This document shows positions 1 to 5,950 of a stretch of DNA of 43,071 bases, one piece after another. The notes below the pieces were generated by a model. That model did not search any database. It had not been told where the DNA came from and worked only from the letters and a program-made list of their open reading frames with translations. The DNA lies in NCBI GenBank assembly GCA_036786505.1, contig DAIQRF010000001.1:1-43071 (forward strand). The letters run 5' to 3'. A program made the translations under genes and the position numbers. This stretch comes from Casimicrobiaceae bacterium (GTDB lineage: Bacteria > Pseudomonadota > Gammaproteobacteria > Burkholderiales > Casimicrobiaceae). Numbering within the stretch: the stretch's first letter is position 1; each line of letters starts with the position of its first letter.

Positions 1-3
1 TTT

Positions 4-58
4 CCTCACTTCGCCGGCGCCGCGCCCTTGCGCCCGGCCCAAATCCACGCCGCGACCG
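4..58. repeat. Terminal direct repeat, left copy (pairs with 43017..43071)
   Basis: 4..55 is identical to 43017..43068 (52 nt), followed by one mismatch (56 c vs 43069 t) and two matches. It covers the 3' end of minus-strand ORF 6..215. Confidence 0.95.
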
Positions 59-215
59 GCATCGCGGCGAACGGCGCGAGCGCGAGCGCAAAAACGATCA
101 GCCAGTAGCCCGGACCGCCATTGTCCGGCCGCGCACGGTCCGGATCGCAGACCGCGAGGGTGAGAACCAGCAACGTCCAGCCGAGCGATAGCACCAGCCA
201 TAGTCGTTTAAGCAT
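6..215 (-). CDS. Small membrane protein (69 aa, two hydrophobic segments)
   Basis: ORF track 6..275. Internal ATG at 215 is preceded by GGAGG. 8-nt overlap with the upstream gene. Translation MLKRLWLVLSLGWTLLVLTLAV...YWLIVFALALAPFAAMPVAAWIW. Confidence 0.6.
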   Translation of the reverse strand: MLKRLWLVLSLGWTLLVLTLAVCDPDRARPDNGGPGYWLIVFALALAPFAAMPVAAWIWAGRKGAAPAK

Positions 216-468
216 TTCGTCCGCCTCCCTTTTTCTTCTTCTTCCCCCACCGCGCCGCCGCTGCCGCCTTCGCATTAGCGCGACGCTCCGCGGCGGTCCG
301 CGAGCCGAATCCCTTCTTCACTTTCGCCATGCCGCCCAGCCGCCCCACGGCCGCGAAGTATTTCCGAACGGCCCTTGACAGCGCTGGCAGGCGCGGCGTA
401 GACTCGGTCCTGTCGTTCCCTTCCTGCTCTCCTCCCGGCGGTCCACTTTGTACAATCTTCTTCGGCAT
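208..468 (-). CDS. Small basic Lys/Ala/Gly-rich protein (86 aa), first gene of the leftward wrap-around operon
   Basis: ORF track 208..504, Met13 at 468 sits 7 nt downstream of a TATAGT box. C-terminal AAERRANAKAAAAARWGKKKKK tail. Confidence 0.6.
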   Translation of the reverse strand: MPKKIVQSGPPGGEQEGNDRTESTPRLPALSRAVRKYFAAVGRLGGMAKVKKGFGSRTAAERRANAKAAAAARWGKKKKKGGGRNA

Positions 469-475
469 CAGGAAT

Positions 476-504
476 ACTATAACCTCCTTACATCTTCCGC
501 GCAA
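476..504 (-). promoter_or_regulatory. Sigma70-like promoter TTGCGC-17nt-TATAGT, predicted leaderless mRNA starting at ATG 468
   Basis: Minus strand reads TTGCGC ggaagatgtaaggaggt TATAGT attcctg ATG. The AGGAGG lies inside the spacer, 14 nt from the ATG, too far for an SD. Confidence 0.45.
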
Positions 505-513
505 GAGCCCAAG

Positions 514-529
514 GGTACTAGGTACGAAT
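514..529. promoter_or_regulatory. Operator-like motif between divergent -35 boxes (minus strand ATTCG-t-ACCTAGTACC)
   Basis: The 10-mer ACCTAGTACC plus ATTCG recurs at 4162..4178 next to another divergent promoter pair. Confidence 0.35.
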
Positions 530-534
530 AGCTC

Positions 535-563
535 TTGACGCGGCTGCCCGCTTATAGCATAAT
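535..563 (+). promoter_or_regulatory. Sigma70-like promoter TTGACG-17nt-CATAAT for the rightward early operon
   Basis: Hexamers and spacing read directly. Followed by a ~77-nt leader with a small stem (ggctg..cagcc) and AGGAGG 7 nt before ATG 647. Confidence 0.5.
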
Positions 564-646
564 GGGGTTGTAAGAAAAAGCGGGAATCGAGGCTGCTTGT
601 AACAGCCGCGATCCCCTAAGAACTGAAAGCCAAAGGAGGGCCTTCA

Positions 647-985
647 ATGCCTGAGCTACATCGTACCCCACCCGCCCACGCCGACCACGCCTGGGCGCCC
701 ACCGCCGACGAAATGGAGCGCATGTTCCGCGCGCTCGATCCGGACGCGACCCGCGAGATCGAAGGACCCCAAAACCGCGAGTACGCCCTTTGCATCGGGT
801 GCGCCCACGGCTACCACGAGACGTACGGCCAACACACAACCGGGTGCGCTTGCGCCTGCCACGCGAAACCCGCACCGCACATCGATATACCCCGCAAGCA
901 AACCGACCTGCGCGAGTTCTACCGCGACCCGGCGGGCTTCGGATTGCGCCTGTCGCTTAGTGATGTGATGGGAGGCCGCGCATGA
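647..985 (+). CDS. Cys/His-rich hypothetical protein (112 aa)
   Basis: ORF track. AAAGGAGGG RBS. CIGCAHGYH...GCACACH cluster. ATGA overlap with the next gene. Confidence 0.75.
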   Translation: MPELHRTPPAHADHAWAPTADEMERMFRALDPDATREIEGPQNREYALCIGCAHGYHETYGQHTTGCACACHAKPAPHIDIPRKQTDLREFYRDPAGFGLRLSLSDVMGGRA

Positions 986-1608
986 GCAGCTACGCTCCCC
1001 GCACCGCGGTCCGCGAGAAGCTGGTACTGCAAGTCGGCAGACCCGTCACGATCGCGCTGGAATATTCGACCGGCAAGCTGGTGTCGTCGAACATTCCCGG
1101 CGCACCAGATCAGGTGTACTACACGCTCACAGACGACCGCGGTTGGTACGCGGATCTGGCAGCAGCCGAGCTGATCGAGAAACTAGACCTGGTCTCACGC
1201 GAGCCGTTCACGATCGAGAAGCTGGGCGCCGGCCGGTTCGAGGTCCAGCGCACCGGTCAGTACCCGACAGAGCCGATTGCTAACGGAGCGCGGGTGCAGC
1301 CGCAAAGAGCTGCGGCGCGCACCGGAGAATGTGGGCGCGCCGCAGAGAACGACCGCCCGGTCGGAGGAACGCCGACGGCCGCCAATTCACGCCCCGAGTA
1401 TAGCTCCGGCGCGCAAACACAGCCACCCACCACGAGCGCGCAGCCGGCCACCAAGCTGGAGCAGGCGCTCAAGACCGCGATCCTCGCGAGCGCGAACGCC
1501 GAGAAATACGGCGCCGAGATCGGCTACACGGTGCGGTTCACGCCCGAGGCCATCAAGTGCATGGCGATCAGCGTCCTGATCGGCATGGAGCAGGGAGGCC
1601 GCCGATGA
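982..1608 (+). CDS. Hypothetical protein (208 aa)
   Basis: ORF track. ATGA coupling at both ends. Protein-like composition with a low-complexity central linker. Confidence 0.8.
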   Translation: MSSYAPRTAVREKLVLQVGRPVTIALEYSTGKLVSSNIPGAPDQVYYTLTDDRGWYADLAAAELIEKLDLVSREPFTIEKLGAGRFEVQRTGQYPTEPIANGARVQPQRAAARTGECGRAAENDRPVGGTPTAANSRPEYSSGAQTQPPTTSAQPATKLEQALKTAILASANAEKYGAEIGYTVRFTPEAIKCMAISVLIGMEQGGRR

Positions 1609-1688
1609 CCCGCGCCATCGAAGGCGGCCTGGTCATGCTGCTGGTGTGGACGCTGCTTCGGGGCTTCTCGCGGGGAGGCCGCCGATGA
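1605..1688 (+). CDS. 27-aa hydrophobic micro-ORF (MTRAIEGGLVMLLVWTLLRGFSRGGRR)
   Basis: Hand-translated. ATGA overlaps on both sides. Both junctions carry the same 16-mer GGGAGGCCGCCGATGA. Confidence 0.3.
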   Translation: MTRAIEGGLVMLLVWTLLRGFSRGGRR

Positions 1689-1963
1689 GCGCCGACGCAG
1701 TGTTCTGCTGCCTCAGTTGCGGCAAGATGGAGCCGCACGGCGACGCGCAGCTCGACATCGACAACAACCTGGTCTGCGGCGCCTGCTACCTGCTCGACCC
1801 GCCGCAGCAGGACATCGACGCCGCGGTCTCGGACGTCGCCGAACGCCTGCGCCGCGAACACTGGGCAGAGATGAGCCGCGCCTACAACCGCGAGACGGAG
1901 AGCGTCTGCGACACGTGCGGCGGACGCACGCACGACGGGAGGTGTGGTCATGGCTGCCGCTAG
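1685..1963 (+). CDS. Zinc-ribbon-like small protein (92 aa)
   Basis: ORF track 1646..1963, Met14 at 1685 with GGGAGG RBS. CCLSCG...CGAC and CDTCGG...CGHGC pairs. Confidence 0.7.
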   Translation: MSADAVFCCLSCGKMEPHGDAQLDIDNNLVCGACYLLDPPQQDIDAAVSDVAERLRREHWAEMSRAYNRETESVCDTCGGRTHDGRCGHGCR

Positions 1964-2357
1964 AACCGCGTTGCTCACCGCACTGGGGCGCGCGCTCGGC
2001 GCGGCGGATCGCGCCGAGAATGAACCGCCGGCCAAGCGCACGCTGCCAGCTCACCTATATTACGACGGACCTCTTGAGGCACGACGCGCGCGCCCGAAGG
2101 TTTCACTGGAACCGCCCACGCGGCTCGACCGCGAGGCCTGGGAGCTGGCCAGGCGCGGCGACGAGGACCGGCTGCGGTTCATTTTGACGAGAGCGCGCGA
2201 GCGCAAAGCCAGACAGCCAGACAGCCAGACATTCAGCCAGACAGCCGCGGCGCCGCTCGCGCATGATCCGCTGAGTAAGATGGTGGAGCTGTCAGACGAG
2301 CGCGTGGACGCAATTCTCGCGGCGATACCGGGCGGAAGCTGGGGAGGACGGTCATGA
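1944..2357 (+). CDS. Hypothetical protein (137 aa; start 1944 or 1950)
   Basis: ORF track. Overlaps the previous stop. ATGA overlap with the next gene. Confidence 0.7.
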   Translation: MVMAAARTALLTALGRALGAADRAENEPPAKRTLPAHLYYDGPLEARRARPKVSLEPPTRLDREAWELARRGDEDRLRFILTRARERKARQPDSQTFSQTAAAPLAHDPLSKMVELSDERVDAILAAIPGGSWGGRS

Positions 2358-2563
2358 CCGTCACTGTACTGATCCGCCGCAACGTCTACACCGACTGGCT
2401 GGAGGCTCACGTCGCGCAAGACGGCCGGAATGGCGAGAACCTACTGCGCGGCCGCAAGTGCCCGAGCGTGAGCGATGCCAAGCAGCGCGTGCGGGCGGAA
2501 CTGCGCATCGCTATCGCCGCCGGCGTCGACATAGTTTGGGACGTTGAGGAAGATGGCGACTAA
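2354..2563 (+). CDS. Hypothetical protein (69 aa)
   Basis: ORF track. Translationally coupled on both sides. Confidence 0.7.
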   Translation: MTVTVLIRRNVYTDWLEAHVAQDGRNGENLLRGRKCPSVSDAKQRVRAELRIAIAAGVDIVWDVEEDGD

Positions 2564-3170
2564 GAAGGTAGTGACCACCAAGCCCGGACTCAAGGCCGCG
2601 ATCTATGTGCGCGTGTCGACCGCCGACCAGAAGAATGAGATGCAGCTCACCGAGCTGGGCGAATACGCCGCCCGCATGGGGTGGCAGACCGTCATCTATT
2701 CCGACAAGACCAGCGGAACGAAAGCCAAGCGGCCCGGCCTCGATGCGCTGATGGCCGACGCACGCGCCCGCAAGTTCGACGTCGTGATCGTTTACAAGCT
2801 GGACCGTTTCGCCCGCTCCCTCCAGCATTTAATCACTAACATTCAGCTCCTGGACACCTTCGGCGTACGCTTCGTGTGCGTGACGCAGGGCATCGACACC
2901 GACCGCAACAACCCGGCGTCGCGCCTGATGCTGCATATCCTCGGCGCGGTGGCTGAGTTCGAGCGCGGCATCATCGTCGAACGGGTCAAGAGCGGTGTGG
3001 CTGAGGCTCAGCGCCAGGGTAAGCATTGCGGACGTTCGAAGCGTGTATTCCGGCGTGACCTAGCAGAGCGGCTCCGTAAACAAGGGTTGAGTCTGCGCGC
3101 GATAGGTCTGAAGCTGGGTGTGCCGTTTTCGACGATTGCAGACGCCCTGAAGCCTGTACGGAAAGGCTGA
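2553..3170 (+). CDS. Small serine recombinase, resolvase/invertase type (205 aa)
   Basis: AAIYVRVSTADQ catalytic-Ser motif, RPGLDALM...DVVIVYKLDRFARS, C-terminal HTH GLSLRAIGLKLGVPFSTIADAL. GAGGAAG RBS before ATG 2553. Confidence 0.9.
   Translation: MATKKVVTTKPGLKAAIYVRVSTADQKNEMQLTELGEYAARMGWQTVIYSDKTSGTKAKRPGLDALMADARARKFDVVIVYKLDRFARSLQHLITNIQLLDTFGVRFVCVTQGIDTDRNNPASRLMLHILGAVAEFERGIIVERVKSGVAEAQRQGKHCGRSKRVFRRDLAERLRKQGLSLRAIGLKLGVPFSTIADALKPVRKG
2554..2562 (+). promoter_or_regulatory. TGGCGACTA motif copy overlapping the recombinase start codon
   Basis: aTGGCGACTAag. Same 9-mer as at 11825, 13211, 14293, 24383 and 35938. Confidence 0.3.
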
Positions 3171-3352
3171 AATGAATGCCCCACCGGGGCAAAGCAACCA
3201 CGGGGCCATTCTTCTCCCTTTTTGGCGTGCGAAAACCAAAAGTTTCACGTACACTTTTAGGGCCAAAAACGGCTCGAACCGACGCCAATCGGCCATTTTC
3301 CAGTGTGTAAGGAATCCTGACTACCTGGGCGGAAGCCACGCCGCGCCCACGA

Positions 3353-3384
3353 AAGTCCACGACGGACGGCCCCCCGGAAACTTC
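3353..3384 (+). repeat. 32-bp direct repeat, copy 1 (aagtccacgacggacggccccccggaaacttc)
   Basis: 31/32 identical to 3616..3647. Contains the small hairpin gtcc-acgac-ggac. Ends 3 nt before a TATAGT box. Confidence 0.9.
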
Positions 3385-3387
3385 CGC

Positions 3388-3393
3388 TATAGT
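3388..3393 (+). promoter_or_regulatory. -10-like TATAGT box 8 nt upstream of ATG 3402 (possible leaderless start, poor -35)
   Basis: Read directly. There is no SD between the box and the ATG. Confidence 0.3.
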
Positions 3394-3401
3394 GTGAATC
3401 C

Positions 3402-3614
3402 ATGAACAGCCTGCGCTGGCAACACCATTTACTCGTTTTTCACGGCACTACCGTGGTCGGCACGATCGAGCGCGATGCGTTCGATCGCGGCTGGTGGGCT
3501 TATGGATGCAGGGATGACTGGCAGGACACGCCGCTGCGTTTACACGCATCGCCGACGAAGGCGAAAAAAGCCGTCATGGCATGGGCGGTTGAACGCATCG
3601 AGGACGCGATTTGA
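3402..3614 (+). CDS. Hypothetical Trp-rich protein (70 aa) bracketed by the 32-bp direct repeats
   Basis: ORF track. Protein-like composition. Stop codon abuts repeat copy 2. Confidence 0.6.
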   Translation: MNSLRWQHHLLVFHGTTVVGTIERDAFDRGWWAYGCRDDWQDTPLRLHASPTKAKKAVMAWAVERIEDAI

Positions 3615-3615
3615 G

Positions 3616-3647
3616 AAGTCCACGACGGACGGCCCCCCGCAAACTTC
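3616..3647 (+). repeat. 32-bp direct repeat, copy 2
   Basis: aagtccacgacggacggccccccgcaaacttc, one mismatch to copy 1. Confidence 0.9.
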
Positions 3648-3834
3648 GGGGAGCAGCCATACTTCGCGGTTCGGTGCGCACGACCCCCGCGTTTCAGGGC
3701 TTAGGCCCCCGCTTCGAGTCTACGAGCACTTGTGGGATTGGTGGGCGGCGCGTTTGGCGGTCATGGCGCCGCAGGCGCAGCGCGGCGCGGCGGTGCGCGG
3801 ACGGCCGGCGCCTGGGCGCACGCCACCGTGGGAC

Positions 3835-4122
3835 TTAGCGGCGCGGCGCATTGTACCCGATCGTGACGTTCGCGTTGCGCTGGTCGCCAGCTTTGCTCGT
3901 AGCGGTGAGGACGTACTCGCCAGGGCCCATCCCTATCACCTGAGCCAGCACGCTCTCTACCTCGTCTTTGCGGCCGTCGACGCGCTTGGTTAAGAAGCTC
4001 TTCGGGGTTCCGAGCGTGGACCAGGAGGCGATTCCGTGCGAGTAGCCGCGATTGCTGTCGCCGACTGACACGGATGCCCAGAAGGTGCTCTCGGTCTTGG
4101 TGGTTGCTTTGTTGTTTTCCAT
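3835..4122 (-). CDS. Hypothetical protein (95 aa) with its own promoter, moron-like
   Basis: ORF track. Less GC-biased codons. The C-terminal part PGEYVLTATSKAGDQRNANVTIGY resembles a beta-sandwich strand pattern. Confidence 0.75.
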   Translation of the reverse strand: MENNKATTKTESTFWASVSVGDSNRGYSHGIASWSTLGTPKSFLTKRVDGRKDEVESVLAQVIGMGPGEYVLTATSKAGDQRNANVTIGYNAPRR

Positions 4123-4128
4123 GACTTG

Positions 4129-4157
4129 ATTATGGGGGATCGCGCCCCCTTATTCAA
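4129..4157 (-). promoter_or_regulatory. Sigma70-like promoter TTGAAT-17nt-CATAAT, predicted leaderless mRNA at ATG 4122
   Basis: Minus strand reads TTGAAT aagggggcgcgatcccc CATAAT caagtc ATG. The spacer holds the palindrome GGGGGCGCGATCCCCC. Confidence 0.5.
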
Positions 4158-4161
4158 GTGA

Positions 4162-4178
4162 ATTCGACACCTAGTACC
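4162..4178. promoter_or_regulatory. Second copy of the operator-like motif ATTCG-ac-ACCTAGTACC
   Basis: Shares ATTCG plus the 10-mer ACCTAGTACC with 514..529 (opposite strand). Overlaps the -35 and spacer of the candidate promoter 4163..4191. Confidence 0.35.
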
Positions 4179-4191
4179 AAAGATTTAAACT
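4163..4191 (+). promoter_or_regulatory. Candidate rightward promoter TTCGAC-17nt-TAAACT pointing into the inverted-repeat segment
   Basis: Back-to-back with the 4129..4157 promoter (5 bp between the -35 boxes). Followed by ~150 nt of non-coding sequence with pairing potential (ggctcgggga / tccccgagcc). Confidence 0.35.
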
Positions 4192-4349
4192 AGGAACCGG
4201 CACGGCGCGCTGGCTCGGGGAAGCGGAGCGGACGGTGGCAGTATCTGGGAAGGGCGATCCTGGGGTTCGAAACCTGGGGCATGCAACGTGTACCGGATCA
4301 TCGACGGCGCTTGTTACGGCTTTTCGCTCGGCTCCCCGAGCCGCCTTAC

Positions 4350-4379
4350 TTCGCGAAGGGAACTATCACTTTGACTCCC
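4350..4379. repeat. Left arm of a perfect 30-bp inverted repeat
   Basis: ttcgcgaagggaactatcactttgactccc is the exact reverse complement of 4581..4610. Confidence 0.97.
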
Positions 4380-4557
4380 GTTGAGACGGCCCATTCCCCA
4401 TGTCTTTAATTAAATGAACAGCCTCACGCAGCTGCCCCCGAACAGCCGCATGTAACTGCTTGCTCCATGGGCTGTCGTCCATGTCAATCACGAAATTAAT
4501 CATATACAGCGCCCGCTGCAACTTGCTTTCCTGTGTATTTGGTTTTTTCGTCAGCAT
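4366..4557 (-). CDS. 63-aa ORF inside the inverted-repeat-bounded segment
   Basis: ORF track. AAGGAA 11 nt upstream. Its ATG overlaps the stop of gene 4551..5015 (ATGCTGA). Its stop codon lies in the left repeat arm. Confidence 0.55.
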   Translation of the reverse strand: MLTKKPNTQESKLQRALYMINFVIDMDDSPWSKQLHAAVRGQLREAVHLIKDMGNGPSQRESK

Positions 4558-4580
4558 GGTTTTGTGTTTCCTTTAGCCAA
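4380..4580. other. Candidate invertible DNA segment (201 bp, visibly AT-richer than its surroundings)
   Basis: Bounded by perfect 30-bp inverted repeats. A serine invertase-type gene lies 1.2 kb away. No target-site duplication. Confidence 0.45.
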
Positions 4581-5015
4581 GGGAGTCAAAGTGATAGTTC
4601 CCTTCGCGAACGGATCGCGGCGCGCGATCGCCCGGCGCAACTGCGGCTCCGAAGCGTCGACGACGCCGGGCGGCTCGTTGAAGCGGAAGCGCCCGGACGG
4701 CTGCCAACCCGACGCGATTTTATCCGGGAACCGCGTGCCCCAAGGAAGGCCCCGCCCCGACAGGAACGCGAACGTCGACCCCAGCCCCGTTGGATCGCCA
4801 GGAATCATGCACACGAAGCGCTGCGGATCGTTGCCGAAGGTAACGACGTCGCCGACGTTGAACAGAGCGGCGCGCGCGACCTCCACTGGGACCAAGAGTC
4901 CTGCGCGCGCCGGCGGCAGGAAGATCTTCTTGGCGCCCGGCACCCACAGCGCGCGTTCGGGATCGAGGACGAGCGCGGCGGCGATCGCGCCCAGGAAGCC
5001 GCGCCGCGACGTCAC
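4551..5015 (-). CDS. Twin-arginine (Tat) signal protein (154 aa)
   Basis: GTG start in a GTGA overlap. N-terminus (M)TSRRGFLGAIAAALVL fits S/T-R-R-x-F-L plus a hydrophobic stretch. The C-terminus runs through the right repeat arm. Confidence 0.8.
   Translation of the reverse strand: MTSRRGFLGAIAAALVLDPERALWVPGAKKIFLPPARAGLLVPVEVARAALFNVGDVVTFGNDPQRFVCMIPGDPTGLGSTFAFLSGRGLPWGTRFPDKIASGWQPSGRFRFNEPPGVVDASEPQLRRAIARRDPFAKGTITLTPLAKGNTKPC
4581..4610. repeat. Right arm of the perfect 30-bp inverted repeat
   Basis: gggagtcaaagtgatagttcccttcgcgaa. Read as exactly 10 codons (FAKGTITLTP) of gene 4551..5015. Confidence 0.97.
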
Positions 5016-5320
5016 CCGCGCGCCACCAGCGCCGACGGATAGAGCGCCGCGAACGCCGCGCGCGTCATCGGCTCACACCGCACCGGCGGGAAACTCCACA
5101 GCGCGTCCATGCGCGTGACGTATTCCCCGCGACGGTCGTCCCAGCGCCGGATCACGCGGATCGACAGGCCTTCGTGCGCGGCCAGCCACTGCGCGTGGAG
5201 GTTCTCGCGCGGGTTGAACAGCGTGTCGCCGATCTTCTTTCTCTGAAGAAGCGGGCGCGTGGCGATCGCCGAGCCCGTGACGGCGGCGGCGACGGACGCG
5301 AGGAACGCGCGGCGGTTCAT
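5012..5320 (-). CDS. Twin-arginine (Tat) signal protein (102 aa)
   Basis: ORF track 5012..5365, Met16 at 5320 in an ATGA overlap. MNRRAFLASVAAAVTGSAIA. Confidence 0.8.
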   Translation of the reverse strand: MNRRAFLASVAAAVTGSAIATRPLLQRKKIGDTLFNPRENLHAQWLAAHEGLSIRVIRRWDDRRGEYVTRMDALWSFPPVRCEPMTRAAFAALYPSALVARG

Positions 5321-5550
5321 TCTAAATAGATCAGGGCGCCCAGCGCGCCATTCGCGCTGAGCCAATCCGCTGCCTCGTCGTGGTGATCAAACGGCGCGGG
5401 AGCACGGACGGCGCCAACGCGCGCGAACCATTGTTGCTTGACGACGTTGTAGTAGAGCAATCCATCGCTCGCGAGTAGATCGCGGCTCGCCATGCCGCCC
5501 GCGGCGACGACCACGCGCACCGGCGACGACCGCGAGCTCCAGTCATTCAT
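5317..5550 (-). CDS. Hypothetical protein (77 aa)
   Basis: ORF track. ATGA coupling on both sides. Confidence 0.7.
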   Translation of the reverse strand: MNDWSSRSSPVRVVVAAGGMASRDLLASDGLLYYNVVKQQWFARVGAVRAPAPFDHHDEAADWLSANGALGALIYLE

Positions 5551-5693
5551 GCGGCGACCGGCAGCTCCTCGTCGGGATCCGGATACGGCTCGTCGTCCGG
5601 CTCCGGCCTGATGACCAGCGCGGCGCCGACGAGAGATCTATCCATCAACTGCGCGGCGCGCGTGAAGTCGGGCAACATTCGAAGCGTAGCCAT
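5547..5693 (-). CDS. 48-aa acidic/Pro-rich micro-ORF
   Basis: Hand-translated MATLRMLPDFTRAAQLMDRSLVGAALVIRPEPDDEPYPDPDEELPVAA. GGGAGG RBS 6 nt upstream. ATGA overlap downstream. Confidence 0.45.
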   Translation of the reverse strand: MATLRMLPDFTRAAQLMDRSLVGAALVIRPEPDDEPYPDPDEELPVAA

Positions 5694-5727
5694 ATCAACC
5701 TCCCTCTACGAAAGACCTTTGTGCACG

Positions 5728-5949
5728 TTAGACGCCCGTCGCTTCGATCAGCTCAAAGATGCGCGCAACCGCCGGGTTCGCGTCCAGCAGATCCAAGAGC
5801 TCCTTCAGCCGGTCGATATTGAGGGCCTCACGTTCGGCGCGATAGAAGGCGCCGTTCGCGCGTTCACGCAGCGACGGCCGCGCGGTGCCGCCGAGCGCGC
5901 CGTGGGCGGCGCTTCCCTGGAAGTCTTTGAGTGTGGCGCTCGGCTGCAC
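5728..5949 (-). CDS. Hypothetical protein (73 aa, GTG start)
   Basis: ORF track 5728..6051. GTG at 5949 lies 1 nt after the upstream stop, with GGAG upstream. The longer form is Arg-rich and overlaps the upstream gene. Confidence 0.55.
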   Translation of the reverse strand: MQPSATLKDFQGSAAHGALGGTARPSLRERANGAFYRAEREALNIDRLKELLDLLDANPAVARIFELIEATGV

Positions 5950-5950
5950 G

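Noticed and set aside
4-58. Terminal repeats as attL/attR of an integrated prophage
   Set aside because: No host flank, integrase or tRNA target is present. An operon with proper RBS spacing reads across the joined ends. The only recombinase is a small resolvase/invertase type. The idea is kept as a minor alternative only.
483-489. AGGAGG as the ribosome-binding site of gene 208..468
   Set aside because: It lies 14 nt from the ATG and falls inside the 17-nt spacer of a good TTGCGC/TATAGT promoter. A leaderless start explains the layout better.
3700-3725. T-loop-like string (cttcgagtct) suggesting a tRNA in the 3648..3834 gap
   Set aside because: No complementary T-stem, acceptor stem or anticodon arm could be built around it on either strand.
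3172-3993. Track ORFs 3172..3405, 3475..3993 and 3611..3838 (+)
   Set aside because: The translations are Arg/Pro-rich. They span the direct repeats and the convergent intergenic gap and lack an RBS.
4255-4281. ggttcgaaacc flanked by cctgggg repeats, tRNA-like at first glance
   Set aside because: The flanks are direct, not inverted, repeats, so no T-arm forms and no cloverleaf can be drawn.
4350-4610. The 261-bp inverted-repeat unit as a MITE insertion
   Set aside because: No target-site duplication is present and there is only a single copy in the window. The arm is in frame with the flanking gene and yields same-length alternative C-termini. It cannot be fully excluded without other genomes.
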